From Alphaproteobacteria bacterium (GTDB taxonomy: Bacteria; Pseudomonadota; Alphaproteobacteria; SP197), in the NCBI GenBank assembly GCA_964291415.2, contig OZ219918.1, positions 896,001-960,000 on the forward strand: a stretch of DNA of 64,000 nt. Reading direction: 5' to 3'. The translations under genes were made by a program, and so were the position numbers. Under the pieces are notes generated by a model. That model did not search any database. It was not told where the DNA came from and saw only the letters and a program-made list of their open reading frames with translations. Shown here in pieces: positions 28,611-38,064 of this stretch (positions within the stretch are counted from its first letter, which is position 1; each line of letters starts with the position of its first letter).

Positions 28611-30561
28611 ACTCGATCCGGCGGTTGCGCTGCATGGTGTCGGCGTCCTCACCGTCGGCAAGAGGCTGGAACTCGCCGAGACCCGCGGCCATCAGGCGGT
28701 GTTCGGGCACGCCCAGGGAGATCAGGAAGCGGACGACGGAGGTGGCGCGGGCCGTCGACAGTTCCCAGTTGCTCGGGAACCGGATCGTCTGGATCGGCTT
28801 CGAGTCGGTGTGACCGTCCACCCTGAGGATCCAGTCCACATCGTCGGGAATGTCCGAGACAAGTTCCTGGATGAGATCCGCGATCTGGCGCAGGTTCTCC
28901 CGGCCCGCTCCGGAGATCTCCGCGCTGCCGCTGGAGAAGAGGACGCCCGACTGGATGATGAAGCGGTCACCCTCGACCTTCACGCCCTGCCGGTTGCCGA
29001 GGTGGTCGTGCAGGCGGGCAAGGAAGTCGCTGCGGTAACGGCTGAGGTCCTGGACCCGTTCGGCCAGCGCAGCATTGAGCCTCTCGCCCAGCGACGTGAT
29101 CTGCACCAGGTCCTGGGCAGCCCTGACTTCCGCCGCCTCGAGGGCGCTGTTGAGCGAGGCCAGACGATCTCTGAGCTCGGCGATCTGCTGCGCCTGCGAA
29201 CCGCCCAGTTCCACGGCCAGGTCCAGTTCGCCCTCGACGATGCCGAGGCGATGCGCGAGTTCGTCGATCTGCCGGTTGCGGTCGGCCACCTCCCGTTGGG
29301 CGAGAAGAGTGCGTTCCTGTTCAGATGAAAGCTCGGATTCCAGTTCCCGCGTGCGGTCGCGCGCGGAGGACAGTGAGGCGACGAGCTGATCGATTCTCGC
29401 CCCCGCATCGCTGAGTTCCTGTTCCCTTGACGCGAGCGTCTCACCTGTCTGCTCCTCCGCCTCGCGGGACTGCTGGAGCAGGAGTGCAAGGCGTTCGAGT
29501 TCGCTGCGTTCCGACGCGAGGGTCTGCGCGAGTTCCTCCTCTCTGCCGTGCGCCTCCTGGAGACTCGCCTGTGTGCGGCCGAGTTCAGTCTCCCGTTCAG
29601 CAAGCGTGGTCAGCGTCAGACCAAGCTCGCTCTCCCGCTCGGCGAGGATGGCCAGCGCCTGACGAAGCGCAGTTTCCCGTTCGGCAAGGGTTGCCAGTGT
29701 CTGTCCAAGCTCGTCATCCCGTTCGGCGAGGTTGGCCAGTGTTTGTGCAAGCGCAGATTCCCGCTCGGATAGGGTGAACTGCGTCTGTCCAAGTTCGCTT
29801 TCCCGTTCGGCGAGGATTGCCTGTACCTGGCCAAGCTCGGTTTCCCGTTCGGCAAGGGTGGCTTGAGTTTCGCTGAGTTCAACGTCCCGTTCGGCAAGCG
29901 TGGTTCGTGTGCGCGAGAGTTCAGCTGCCCGGGTTGCCAGACGGTGCTCGAGTTCCGCTTCCAGGGCCCGCGCCTCTTCCAGTACCAACAGCATGCGTGC
30001 GACTTCACCCTCGAGATTGCGCCGCACCTGCTGCAGGGCTTCGATATCTCGTTGCAGGCTGGCCAGTTCCGCCGATCTGCGCGCCAGGGCGTCCTTGCTG
30101 GCGGCCGCATCGTCTCGTGTGCTGTCGAGATCCTCTTCCATCAGTTGGAGGCGTGCCCGCGCGTCGTCGAGTTCGCGTTCGCTGGAGAGCACTCTTGCCT
30201 CGAGAGCCGAACGTTCCGCTTCCAGGGTGTCACGCTCCTGCGACAGAAGGGCGAGCGATCGGTTCGCGTCGTCCCTTGCCGCCGCAGACTGCTGAAGTTC
30301 TGCAGAGAGCTGTGTCAGCTGCTCGCGGATCAGGGCATTGTTGCTGCGTTCCAGGGACAGCATGCCTGTGAGCTCGTTGATCTGGTTTTGCAGCCGGCTC
30401 ATGACCTGGTCCTGGCCGGTCAGGGCGGCTCCCTGGAAAAGCTGTGCAATCATGAAGACCGACAGGGCGAAGATCAGCACCATCAACAACGCTGACAGTG
30501 CATCGACAAAGCCGGCCCAGGTCTCGCCACCCGATTGCGCACGGCGGCCGCGAAAGGCCAT
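28591..30561 (-). CDS. MotB-like peptidoglycan-binding (OmpA C-terminal) protein with a very long coiled-coil stalk
   Basis: N-terminal TM with Asp (WAGFVDALS), heptad-rich middle, OmpA motifs DGHTD, NWELSTARA, NRRIE. Confidence 0.88.
   Translation of the reverse strand: MAFRGRRAQSGGETWAGFVDALSALLMVLIFALSVFMIAQLFQGAALTGQDQVMSRLQNQINELTGMLSLERSNNALIREQLTQLSAELQQSAAARDDANRSLALLSQERDTLEAERSALEARVLSSERELDDARARLQLMEEDLDSTRDDAAASKDALARRSAELASLQRDIEALQQVRRNLEGEVARMLLVLEEARALEAELEHRLATRAAELSRTRTTLAERDVELSETQATLAERETELGQVQAILAERESELGQTQFTLSERESALAQTLANLAERDDELGQTLATLAERETALRQALAILAERESELGLTLTTLAERETELGRTQASLQEAHGREEELAQTLASERSELERLALLLQQSREAEEQTGETLASREQELSDAGARIDQLVASLSSARDRTRELESELSSEQERTLLAQREVADRNRQIDELAHRLGIVEGELDLAVELGGSQAQQIAELRDRLASLNSALEAAEVRAAQDLVQITSLGERLNAALAERVQDLSRYRSDFLARLHDHLGNRQGVKVEGDRFIIQSGVLFSSGSAEISGAGRENLRQIADLIQELVSDIPDDVDWILRVDGHTDSKPIQTIRFPSNWELSTARATSVVRFLISLGVPEHRLMAAGLGEFQPLADGEDADTMQRNRRIEFKLTDR
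29570..29935. repeat. intragenic 42-bp (14-aa) tandem repeat, 8 clear copies plus 1 degenerate
   Basis: TCCCG(T/C)TC recurs at 29591, 29633, 29675, 29717, 29759, 29801, 29843 and 29885; protein unit ~TLAERETELGQTQA. Confidence 0.9.
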
Positions 30562-30565
30562 GGAC

Positions 30566-31717
30566 CTAGGCGCCTCCGTCGCCGGGGCGTGCCGCCGCGA
30601 TGGTGCGTGCCAGCAACCTGATTTCCGCCCGCACGTCGTCGGCGATGGCGCTCCGTCCCGAAGCGGTTTCCTCGACCAGTCGGTTTATCGCATCGTCGAG
30701 ATTGCGAAGATGCGTCCGGCTGGCTTCGTCGAAGGCGGTGCTCTTCTGGGTCTCTATCAGGTGCTGGATGACCACCTTGAGATCCGCCAGGCTCTCGATC
30801 AGTGTGCCGAGCTGTCTCTGTTCGGCGCCGATGCGATCGACCATGGAGAGGAGTCTGTCCGCGAGCGTGGAGATCTTTTCGTCGATCTGCCGGTGGTTGA
30901 CGAAGTTCCTGTCGAGGACGGTGTTGAGGCGGTCAAGGCTCTCGGCAGTCTGTTCAAGGAGGGCGCTGACGTAGGCCGGAGCATCCCCGCCCTCCGGCGT
31001 GTCACCGTCGCCGCGTCCCGAATGGAGCCGTGTCACCGATGACAGCCATTCCTCCAACTCGTTGTAGAACCGGTTAAGGGCCTGACCGGACTGCAGGTCG
31101 AGAAAGCCGAGGATCAGGGATCCGGCAAGTCCGAAGAGCGACGAACTGAAGGCCGTTCCCATGCCAGATAGCGGCGATGCCATGCCTTCCTTGAGATTCT
31201 CGAAAAGGCCGACAATGTCCTGTCCAGGGTCGAGATTGAGTGTGTTGAGTGTCGCACTGACCCCGCCGATGGTCTTGATGAGCCCCCAGAATGTCCCGAG
31301 CAGCCCCAGAAAGATGAGGAGACCGATGAGGTACCGCGAAATCTCGCGGGACTCGTCGAGCCTGGCGCCGATGCTGTCGAGGATCGAGCGCGTCGACGTC
31401 GGGGTGAGGCTGAATTGCGCACCGGACGAACGACGTTTGCCGAGCATGGCGGCCATCGGCGCCAGCAGTCGGGGGGTCGTCTGGATTCGGAGATGCGGTC
31501 TGCGAAAACTGTCGATCCAGGCGACTTCCCGGTAGAGCATCTGGGGTTGCCGGAAGATGTAGAGGATGCCGAACAGAAGGACGCCCAGAATCACTCCGTT
31601 GAGCAGGGGGTTCGCCTGGAAGGCGACAATCAGCGTCACCGACAGGAAGGCCGTGATGGCCATCACCACGAGAAGGAACACTGCCATCCTGATGATGTAG
31701 CGGTTCGGGCGCGTCAT
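30566..31717 (-). CDS. MotA/TolQ/ExbB-like proton channel protein
   Basis: FLGLLGTFWGL and GMGTAFSSSLFG TM motifs, cytoplasmic coiled tail; 4 bp from the MotB-like gene. Confidence 0.85.
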   Translation of the reverse strand: MTRPNRYIIRMAVFLLVVMAITAFLSVTLIVAFQANPLLNGVILGVLLFGILYIFRQPQMLYREVAWIDSFRRPHLRIQTTPRLLAPMAAMLGKRRSSGAQFSLTPTSTRSILDSIGARLDESREISRYLIGLLIFLGLLGTFWGLIKTIGGVSATLNTLNLDPGQDIVGLFENLKEGMASPLSGMGTAFSSSLFGLAGSLILGFLDLQSGQALNRFYNELEEWLSSVTRLHSGRGDGDTPEGGDAPAYVSALLEQTAESLDRLNTVLDRNFVNHRQIDEKISTLADRLLSMVDRIGAEQRQLGTLIESLADLKVVIQHLIETQKSTAFDEASRTHLRNLDDAINRLVEETASGRSAIADDVRAEIRLLARTIAAARPGDGGA

Positions 31718-31854
31718 GCGATGCTCCACATCAACCCGACATGCTCCGTGTCACCTGTTCGTCCCGCAAAGATGTCACCGGCAGCTCTCGTGGATGTGGT
31801 TACCATGTCCTTGAGTGTGTCGTCCATTGGTCACCGCGAGGTGGCGGCATTGTG

Positions 31855-32595
31855 TCAGGAAAGCGACCGGAGCATGTGGCCATGGATCCCTGGATTTCCG
31901 GCAAGGATGGAGGGTGGCACGGTGCCGGGAGGAGTGCCGTCGAGTCGGGTGACGATACCCCCTGCCTCCTGGATCAGAATGGTGCCGGCCGCCAGACTGT
32001 CCGGATCGGCGCCGTCCGCCCAGTAGCCGTCAAGCCTGCCGCTTGCCAGCCAGGCCAGGTCGAGTGACGGCGCACCAAGGCAACGCAGTCGGGGACCCTT
32101 TTTCAACAGCCGGGCGATGCCAAGGGCACTTGGCACGCCGTCACCGTGCCCAAGGACGCTCCCGGAGAGCGACCTGGTCCGGGAGACCCGCAAACGCCGT
32201 GAGTGCATGAAGGCGCCGTGCCCGCGTTCGGCCCAGAAGAGTTCGTCCCTCAGGGGGTCGAGGACGACACCGGCGACAACCTCGCCGGTCATCTCGACAG
32301 CGACGGCAATGGAGACATGGGGAACGGCATGGACGAGGTTGTCGACGCCGTCAAGCGCACTGACGACCCAGCGACTGCCGCCCGCCGAGTCATCAAAGGA
32401 AAAATCCGGACGGGCCCGGGCGAGTTCCCGTCTGATGGTCTCTCCCGCGCGACGCCTGGAGGCCTCGACGAACCGTGTCGCCCCCGCCATCGAAGACACG
32501 AGGTTGTCGGCCTCGTTGTAGTCCCGGATCAGGGCGACCGCCGCCTTCGACGCCGCCTTCGCCATGACGGTGATGAGAGGCGATTGGGAGGCCAA
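31855..32595 (-). CDS. suhB: inositol monophosphatase family (SuhB-like), catalytic motifs degenerate
   Basis: Fold motifs ELFWAERGHGAF, LDLAWLASGRLDG and EAGG are present; lies directly after efp. Confidence 0.75.
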   Translation of the reverse strand: MASQSPLITVMAKAASKAAVALIRDYNEADNLVSSMAGATRFVEASRRRAGETIRRELARARPDFSFDDSAGGSRWVVSALDGVDNLVHAVPHVSIAVAVEMTGEVVAGVVLDPLRDELFWAERGHGAFMHSRRLRVSRTRSLSGSVLGHGDGVPSALGIARLLKKGPRLRCLGAPSLDLAWLASGRLDGYWADGADPDSLAAGTILIQEAGGIVTRLDGTPPGTVPPSILAGNPGIHGHMLRSLS

Positions 32596-32604
32596 GACCG
32601 TCGA

Positions 32605-33171
32605 TCAGTCCTTCGCGCGTTCCCGGTAGGTCGCATCCACGGTACTGACCACCACCCTGACACCGGTCTCGATGTGTGGTGGAACCATGATGCGCAGTCC
32701 GTTCTCCAGGATGGCGGGCTTGTAGGATGACGCGGCAGTCTGCCCCTTGACCACCGCTTCGGTTTCGACAATGGCGAGGACGACCGTCTCCGGCAGGGAG
32801 ACGCCGACAACCTCGTCTTCATGGGACTGGATCATGACCTCCATGCCGTCCTGGAGGAAGGCTGCACTGGAACCCAGCATGTCACGGTTGATGATCGTCT
32901 GCTCGAAGGTCTCGGAGTTCATGAACGTGAAGGAGTCCGCATCGGCAAAGAGGAACTGGTGCGGCGTGTCCCAGAGCCTGACCCGTTCCACGGATTCCGA
33001 CGACCGGAACCGCTCGTTGAGCTTCGTGCCGTCGCGGATGTCCTTGAGTTCCACCTGGAGGTAGGCGCCACCCTTGCCAGGCTGGGTGTGCTGGATTCTG
33101 GTGGCGACCAGAAGCCGGTCCTTGTGGTGGATCACCATGCCAGGACGGATCGCGTTGCCGTCGATCTTCAT
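32605..33171 (-). CDS. efp: elongation factor P
   Basis: PGKGGAY, VKGQTA, YKPAILENG, VPPHI. Confidence 0.96.
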   Translation of the reverse strand: MKIDGNAIRPGMVIHHKDRLLVATRIQHTQPGKGGAYLQVELKDIRDGTKLNERFRSSESVERVRLWDTPHQFLFADADSFTFMNSETFEQTIINRDMLGSSAAFLQDGMEVMIQSHEDEVVGVSLPETVVLAIVETEAVVKGQTAASSYKPAILENGLRIMVPPHIETGVRVVVSTVDATYRERAKD

Positions 33172-33253
33172 GACATCACTACCTGATGTTGGGAGTTTCG
33201 AGCGGCGCGGACGCTAGCACCACCCCTTACCCAAGGCAAGGTCGCGCGCGTTC

Positions 33254-33353
33254 ATGATCCGATGATCATACGGTCTCAATATAGTCTTCGTGATATATTT
33301 TATGGTTATGATCCCTGAGACATATTGACAGAAAATGATCCGATGATCATATT
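33254..33353 (+). promoter_or_regulatory. hipBA promoter with array of palindromic operator-like boxes
   Basis: ATGATCCGATGATCATA at 33254 and 33335, degenerate copies at 33281 and 33308 (27-bp period); TTGACA (33325)-17 nt-CATATT (33348). Confidence 0.72.
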
Positions 33354-33370
33354 TCTGCGAAAGGACCATC

Positions 33371-33625
33371 ATGATGAACACGATTGCCCGCACCACCAAG
33401 GACATCGGCAACGTCCTGCGCAACGTGCGCAAGGCAAAGGGCCTGACACAGACCGAGCTGGCCAGTCGCGCCGGCGTCTGGCAGCGCACGATCTCGAACA
33501 TCGAGACCAGCGCCAGCGAGGCCAGGCTCGATACGGTATTCGATCTGCTGGCAGCGCTCGACCTCGAATTCCGCATCGTCCCGCGCAGCAAGATGAAGCC
33601 TGGCGACCTGGAGGACATATTCTGA
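33371..33625 (+). CDS. hipB: HipB-like XRE HTH antitoxin
   Basis: RKAKGLTQTELASRAGVWQRTISNIE; stop overlaps the hipA ATG. Confidence 0.88.
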   Translation: MMNTIARTTKDIGNVLRNVRKAKGLTQTELASRAGVWQRTISNIETSASEARLDTVFDLLAALDLEFRIVPRSKMKPGDLEDIF

Positions 33626-35041
33626 TGGGGCGCAAGCGCACCTACGCGCCGCTGGACGTCTACATGAACCGTCGCAGGGTGGGTCAGTTCCTCCGCGAAC
33701 CGGACGGCGCCTTTGCCTTCGCTTATGACGGGGAGTGGCTGGCATGGGAGAACACGCTGCCGGTGTCGCGGTCGCTGCCGTTGCGCCCGGAACGCCACGT
33801 CGGCCGCTCGGTCATCGCGGTCTTCGACAACCTGCTTCCCGACGGTGGCGACATGCGCAGGCGCGTAGCCGAACGTGTCGGCGCGGACGGGCTTGATGCC
33901 CACTCCCTGCTTGCCCGGATCGGACGGGATTGCGCAGGGGCCCTGCAATTCCTGCCTGAGGGAGAGGAACCGGAGCCCAGCGACGTGTTGAAGGGCGAGC
34001 CGCTGAGCGACGATGAGATCGCCATGATGCTCAAGGATCTGGGGCGTACGCCGCTTGGCATCCGGCGCGGGCGGGACTTCAGGATCTCCGTCGCCGGCAC
34101 GCAGGAAAAGACCGCGCTCCTCTTGCACGAAGGCCAATGGATAGAACCGACCGGCACGACGCCGACGACGCACATCCTCAAGCCGGCGATCGGCGTCTTG
34201 CCGAATGGCATGGATCTGACTGACAGCGTCGAGAACGAGCACTTCTGCCTGCGGCTGATGGCAGCATTCGGTCTGCCCGTGGCCCGCACCGGGATGAGTC
34301 ACCTTCGCCGATACCCGTGCGCTGGTGATCGAACGCTTCGACCGGCTCTTCGCACGTGATGGCCGTCTGATCCGCCTGCCACAGGAAGATTGCTGCCAGG
34401 CGCTCAGCGTACTGCCAACCCGCAAGTACCAGAATGAGGGCGGCCCCGGTATCGTCGAGATCTGCGAACTGCTTCAGGGAAGTGACGAACCGGCCCGTGA
34501 CCGTGCCAGTTTTTTCAAGGCCAATGTCCTGTTCTGGCTGATCGGCGCGACGGACGGTCATGCGAAGAACTTCAGCATCGCGCTGATGCCGGGTGGGCGC
34601 TTCACCATGACTCCGTTCTATGATGTGCTGTCCGTGCAGCCGATGCTGGATGCGGGGCAGCTTCGGATCAAGGACATGAAGCTTGCGATGCGGGTGGGCA
34701 GGAATCGTCGCTACAGGGTGGTGGATATCCTGGGTCGGCATTTTGCCGAAACCGGGCTTGCCGCGTCCTTTTCGCGCGAGCAGATCGCGCAGGTCTCGAG
34801 CACGATCCGCCCAGGCGCGTTGAGATGCCGCCCGAGCATTCCAGCAGCCTTGAACGACATGCGGGGACTCCGGTATTGCGCCCAGGGAGATGCCGCCCGG
34901 TTTTTCGAGATTCACTCGGACGCGGATAGGGCATTCGAGACCGCCCTGTCAGAGATGCCGCCCGGTTTTCCCATGGCCCTCATCGAGGCCGTCAAGCGCG
35001 GGTTCCAGCAACGAATCGGGCGGCTCGTGCCGACGACATAG
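33625..35041 (+). CDS. hipA: HipA Ser/Thr kinase toxin; +1 frameshift near 34297 and in-frame ~105-bp insertion (34796-34900)
   Basis: FDNLLPD, ISVAGTQEK, HILKP, ENEHFC / IERFDR, QEDCCQA, TDGHAKNFS, PFYD. Removing one base near 34297 joins the two ORFs. Confidence 0.85.
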
Positions 35042-35363
35042 CAGGCGGCGGCATCGTTTCAGCCAGTCATGATCGCGTTGGCTGCTCACCCCGAGCCATG
35101 AGACGCAAGTCTGTTGCACTTGGACACCTCGGGTGTGCCCAACCTTCACGGTTGAGCGGAGTGCCCTTTCGCCAGGGACGGGAGAGGGGGAGATCTGCCC
35201 ACTCCCGCGCTGCCGCCGTGCTCCAATGGCCTCCTTTTTTCCTGCGTCACTGCGTGTCCGGTCGCCGCCAGTCATCGCGGAAACGCACCGCCTCTATCGA
35301 TCCGGTGACGCAGCCGCGGCTGGCCGCGCCGCTGCTGTCTGGTTCAATCCGACATCGAGCGGC

Positions 35364-35729
35364 TCAGGGCGGCGGGGGCGTCTCACCCCTGTCGTTGGGG
35401 GCAGGGAGTTCGTGGTGGAATGTGCCGCCACATGTTCTGGTCATGTCGGCGATGCGGGCCACGATGGAAGGCTCGCCCATGAGGTGAATGTCGCGCCAGC
35501 CCAGGCGCAGGGCGAGCATGGCGTATCCGGCATCGGGGCCGCAGTCGATCAGCGCCCGCACGGTGGGGGTATCGGCTCCGGCCTGGCGCATCATCTCCAG
35601 AAGATAGGCCGGACCCAGCCTTGCGCAGGCTCCCGGTGCGGTGACAAGGAGGATCTCCCGGCCGCGCCGCCGGGCCTCCGCCACGGCCGCGCGGGCTTCC
35701 TCCAGGGTTTCGACGACGCGGGGTGTCAG
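35364..35729 (-). CDS. hypothetical protein downstream of pgk
   Basis: C-terminal part of ORF 35364..36947 ([27 protein letters not shown]); possible CTG start overlapping the pgk TGA. Confidence 0.6.
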   Translation of the reverse strand: MTPRVVETLEEARAAVAEARRRGREILLVTAPGACARLGPAYLLEMMRQAGADTPTVRALIDCGPDAGYAMLALRLGWRDIHLMGEPSIVARIADMTRTCGGTFHHELPAPNDRGETPPPP

Positions 35730-36947
35730 GCCGCCTCCAGCGCCACCAGTCCGGGCAGCGGTGTTCCCTCGAGCCATTGCAGGAAGGCGCCGCCCGCCGT
35801 GGAGACGTAGGAGAAGCTCTCCGTGACTCCCGCATGGGTGAGAGCTGCTGCGGTATCGCCGCCACCCGCCACCGAGAAGATTTTCCCTTTCTGCGTGAGA
35901 TCCGCGATCGTCCGAGCGAGAAGACTTTTCCTTTCTGCGTGAGAGTGCGAGCGAGTTCGCAACGGTGCCTGAGTCAAACCCGGCGCGTTCGAACATCCCC
36001 ATGGGGCCGTTCCAGACCACGGTCCTGCACCCCTCGATGAGGCGCGAGACCGCCGCCACGCTCAGCGGCCCGATGTCGAGAATCCGCGCCTGGCGGCCGA
36101 TGGCATCGAGACCGCAGGGCACCGGTCGGCCATCCTCCTCGACGACGGCATCGACGGGCAGGTGAATGGCATGACCGCGTTCGCGGGCCGTTCTCATGAT
36201 GCGATCGGCGGTATCGATCATGTCGGCCTCGTGGAGCGAGGCGCCGATCCTGGTGCCTTGCGCGGCGAGGAAGGTGTTGGCCATGGCGCCGCCGACGACG
36301 AGATGATCCGCCCAGCGCGACAGACGGTCCAGAATGGCAAGCTTGGTTGACACCTTGGCGCCGCCGACGACGGCGGCCACCGGGCGTGCGGGGTGAGTGA
36401 GCGCCCGGGCGATGGCGTTGACTTCCTCCTCCATGAGACGCCCGGCACAGGATGGCAGCAGACGCGCCAGCGAGGTGACCGAGGCATGGGCGCGGTGGCT
36501 GACGGAAAACGCATCGTTGACGTAGATGTCGCCGAGGGCGCCGAGGGCATGGGCGAAGTCGCGATCATCAGCCTCCTCTCCCGGGTGGAAGCGGAGATTC
36601 TCGAGCACGGCAACGTCACCGGGTCCGGTGGCCGCAATGATGTCCGCGGCGCTGTCACCGATCGTGTCCGTGGCGAAGGCTACCGGACGGCCAAGGGCAT
36701 CCGCGATCGCCGCGGCGACGGGAGCGAGCGACAGCGAGGGATCGGGCCTGCCGCCCGGTCTGCCGAGGTGGGCGAGAATGATCGTGCGGGCCCCCTTGTC
36801 CGCGAGCTCGCGCACGGTGGCAAGGCTCCGAGCGATGCGTTCGCTTCCCGTGACGCGTCCGCCGTCGATCGGCACGTTGAGGTCGAGTCGCAACAGAACC
36901 CGCCTGCCGGCGGGACTGATGTCATCAAGTGTGCGGAAGGCGCCCAC
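35726..36947 (-). CDS. pgk: phosphoglycerate kinase (frame broken by 37-bp garbled duplication at 35921-35957)
   Basis: [27 protein letters not shown] / [15 protein letters not shown]. Removing the 37 bp gives 395 codons. Confidence 0.92.
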
Positions 36948-36966
36948 GGCCGGGCAGGGCGTTCTC

Positions 36967-37973
36967 CTAGAGGAACCTGGCGAGCGACGCTGCGGTGTCG
37001 CTCATCCGGTTCGAGAATCCCCATTCGTTGTCATACCAGGAGAGCACCCTGACAAACCGGCCGTCGATGACCTTGGTCTCGCCGAGATCGAAGACGGAAC
37101 TCGCAGGGTTGTGGTTGAAGTCACTGGAAACGAGGGGCTCGTCGTTGACGGCAAGAACACCCTTGAGACGGCCGCGGGCCGCCTTGCCGACGGCGCGATT
37201 GACGTCTTCCACGCTGGTTTCCTGCGACGCCTCGAACTTGAAGTCGACGAGACTGACATTGGGCGTGGGAACCCGGATCGACGTGCCGTCGAGCTTGCCT
37301 TCGAGTTCCGGAAGCACCAGGCCCACGGCGCGGGCAGCTCCGGTGGAGGTGGGAATCATGGACGCCGATGCGGCGCGTGCCCGGCGTGGGTCGGCGTGCA
37401 GGGTGTCGACGGTTCTCTGATCCCCGGTGAAGGCATGGATGGTCGTCATGAATCCGTGTCGGATGCCGACCGCCTTGTGAAGCACGGCGGCGACGGGCGC
37501 CAGGCAGTTGGTCGTGCACGAGGCGTTGGAGATGACATCGTGCGCCTTGCGAAGCTTGCCGTGATTGACCCCGTAGACCACGGTGAGATCCGCCCTTGCG
37601 CCGGCGCGGAGACCAGGACCTTGCGGGCGCCGGCCTCGAGGTGCTGGGACGCCTTGTCGCGGGAGGCAAAGATGCCCGTGCATTCCATGACGACGTCGAT
37701 CTCGAGGTCGCTCCATGGAAGATGGGAAGGATGCCGTTCCTGGAGCACAGTGACACTCTTTCCGTCGACTTCGAGCGTGGACCCGCGCGCCGAAACCTCA
37801 CCCGGGTAGATGCCGTGAACCGTGTCGTACTTGAGGAGGTGAGCGTTGGCCTCGGCGGTGCCCAGATCGTTGATGGCAACGAACTCCAGGTCATCGCGTC
37901 CAGATTCCATCGCGGCACGAAAGACAAGGCGACCGATACGGCCAAACCCATTGATGGCAACGCGAACCGCCAT
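36967..37973 (-). CDS. gap: type I glyceraldehyde-3-phosphate dehydrogenase (1-bp deletion near 37595)
   Basis: [13 protein letters not shown] / [26 protein letters not shown]. Adding one G gives 336 codons. Confidence 0.93.
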
Positions 37974-38064
37974 ACCTGCCTCCAGGGTCGATGAGTGATC
38001 CCGTCCTAACTGTTTACATGGCCGCCGGTCAACGCATCCCTCGGGACGGCCGGGTTCTTCCGTG

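Noticed and set aside
28591-31717. Zorya (ZorAB) defence system
   Set aside because: No ZorC/D/E. The long helix is in the B-like subunit, not the A-like one, and the pair sits in housekeeping context.
34822-34964. Mini-CRISPR suggested by three repeats at a 65-bp period
   Set aside because: The repeat is only 13 bp and non-palindromic, lies inside hipA, and there are no cas genes.
35364-36947. 527-aa PGK fusion protein
   Set aside because: Created by the 37-bp duplication; the real PGK C-terminus is in another frame and ends at 35726.
37585-37610. Programmed frameshift in gap
   Set aside because: No slippery heptamer; a single missing G in a homopolymer within an error-rich stretch explains it.
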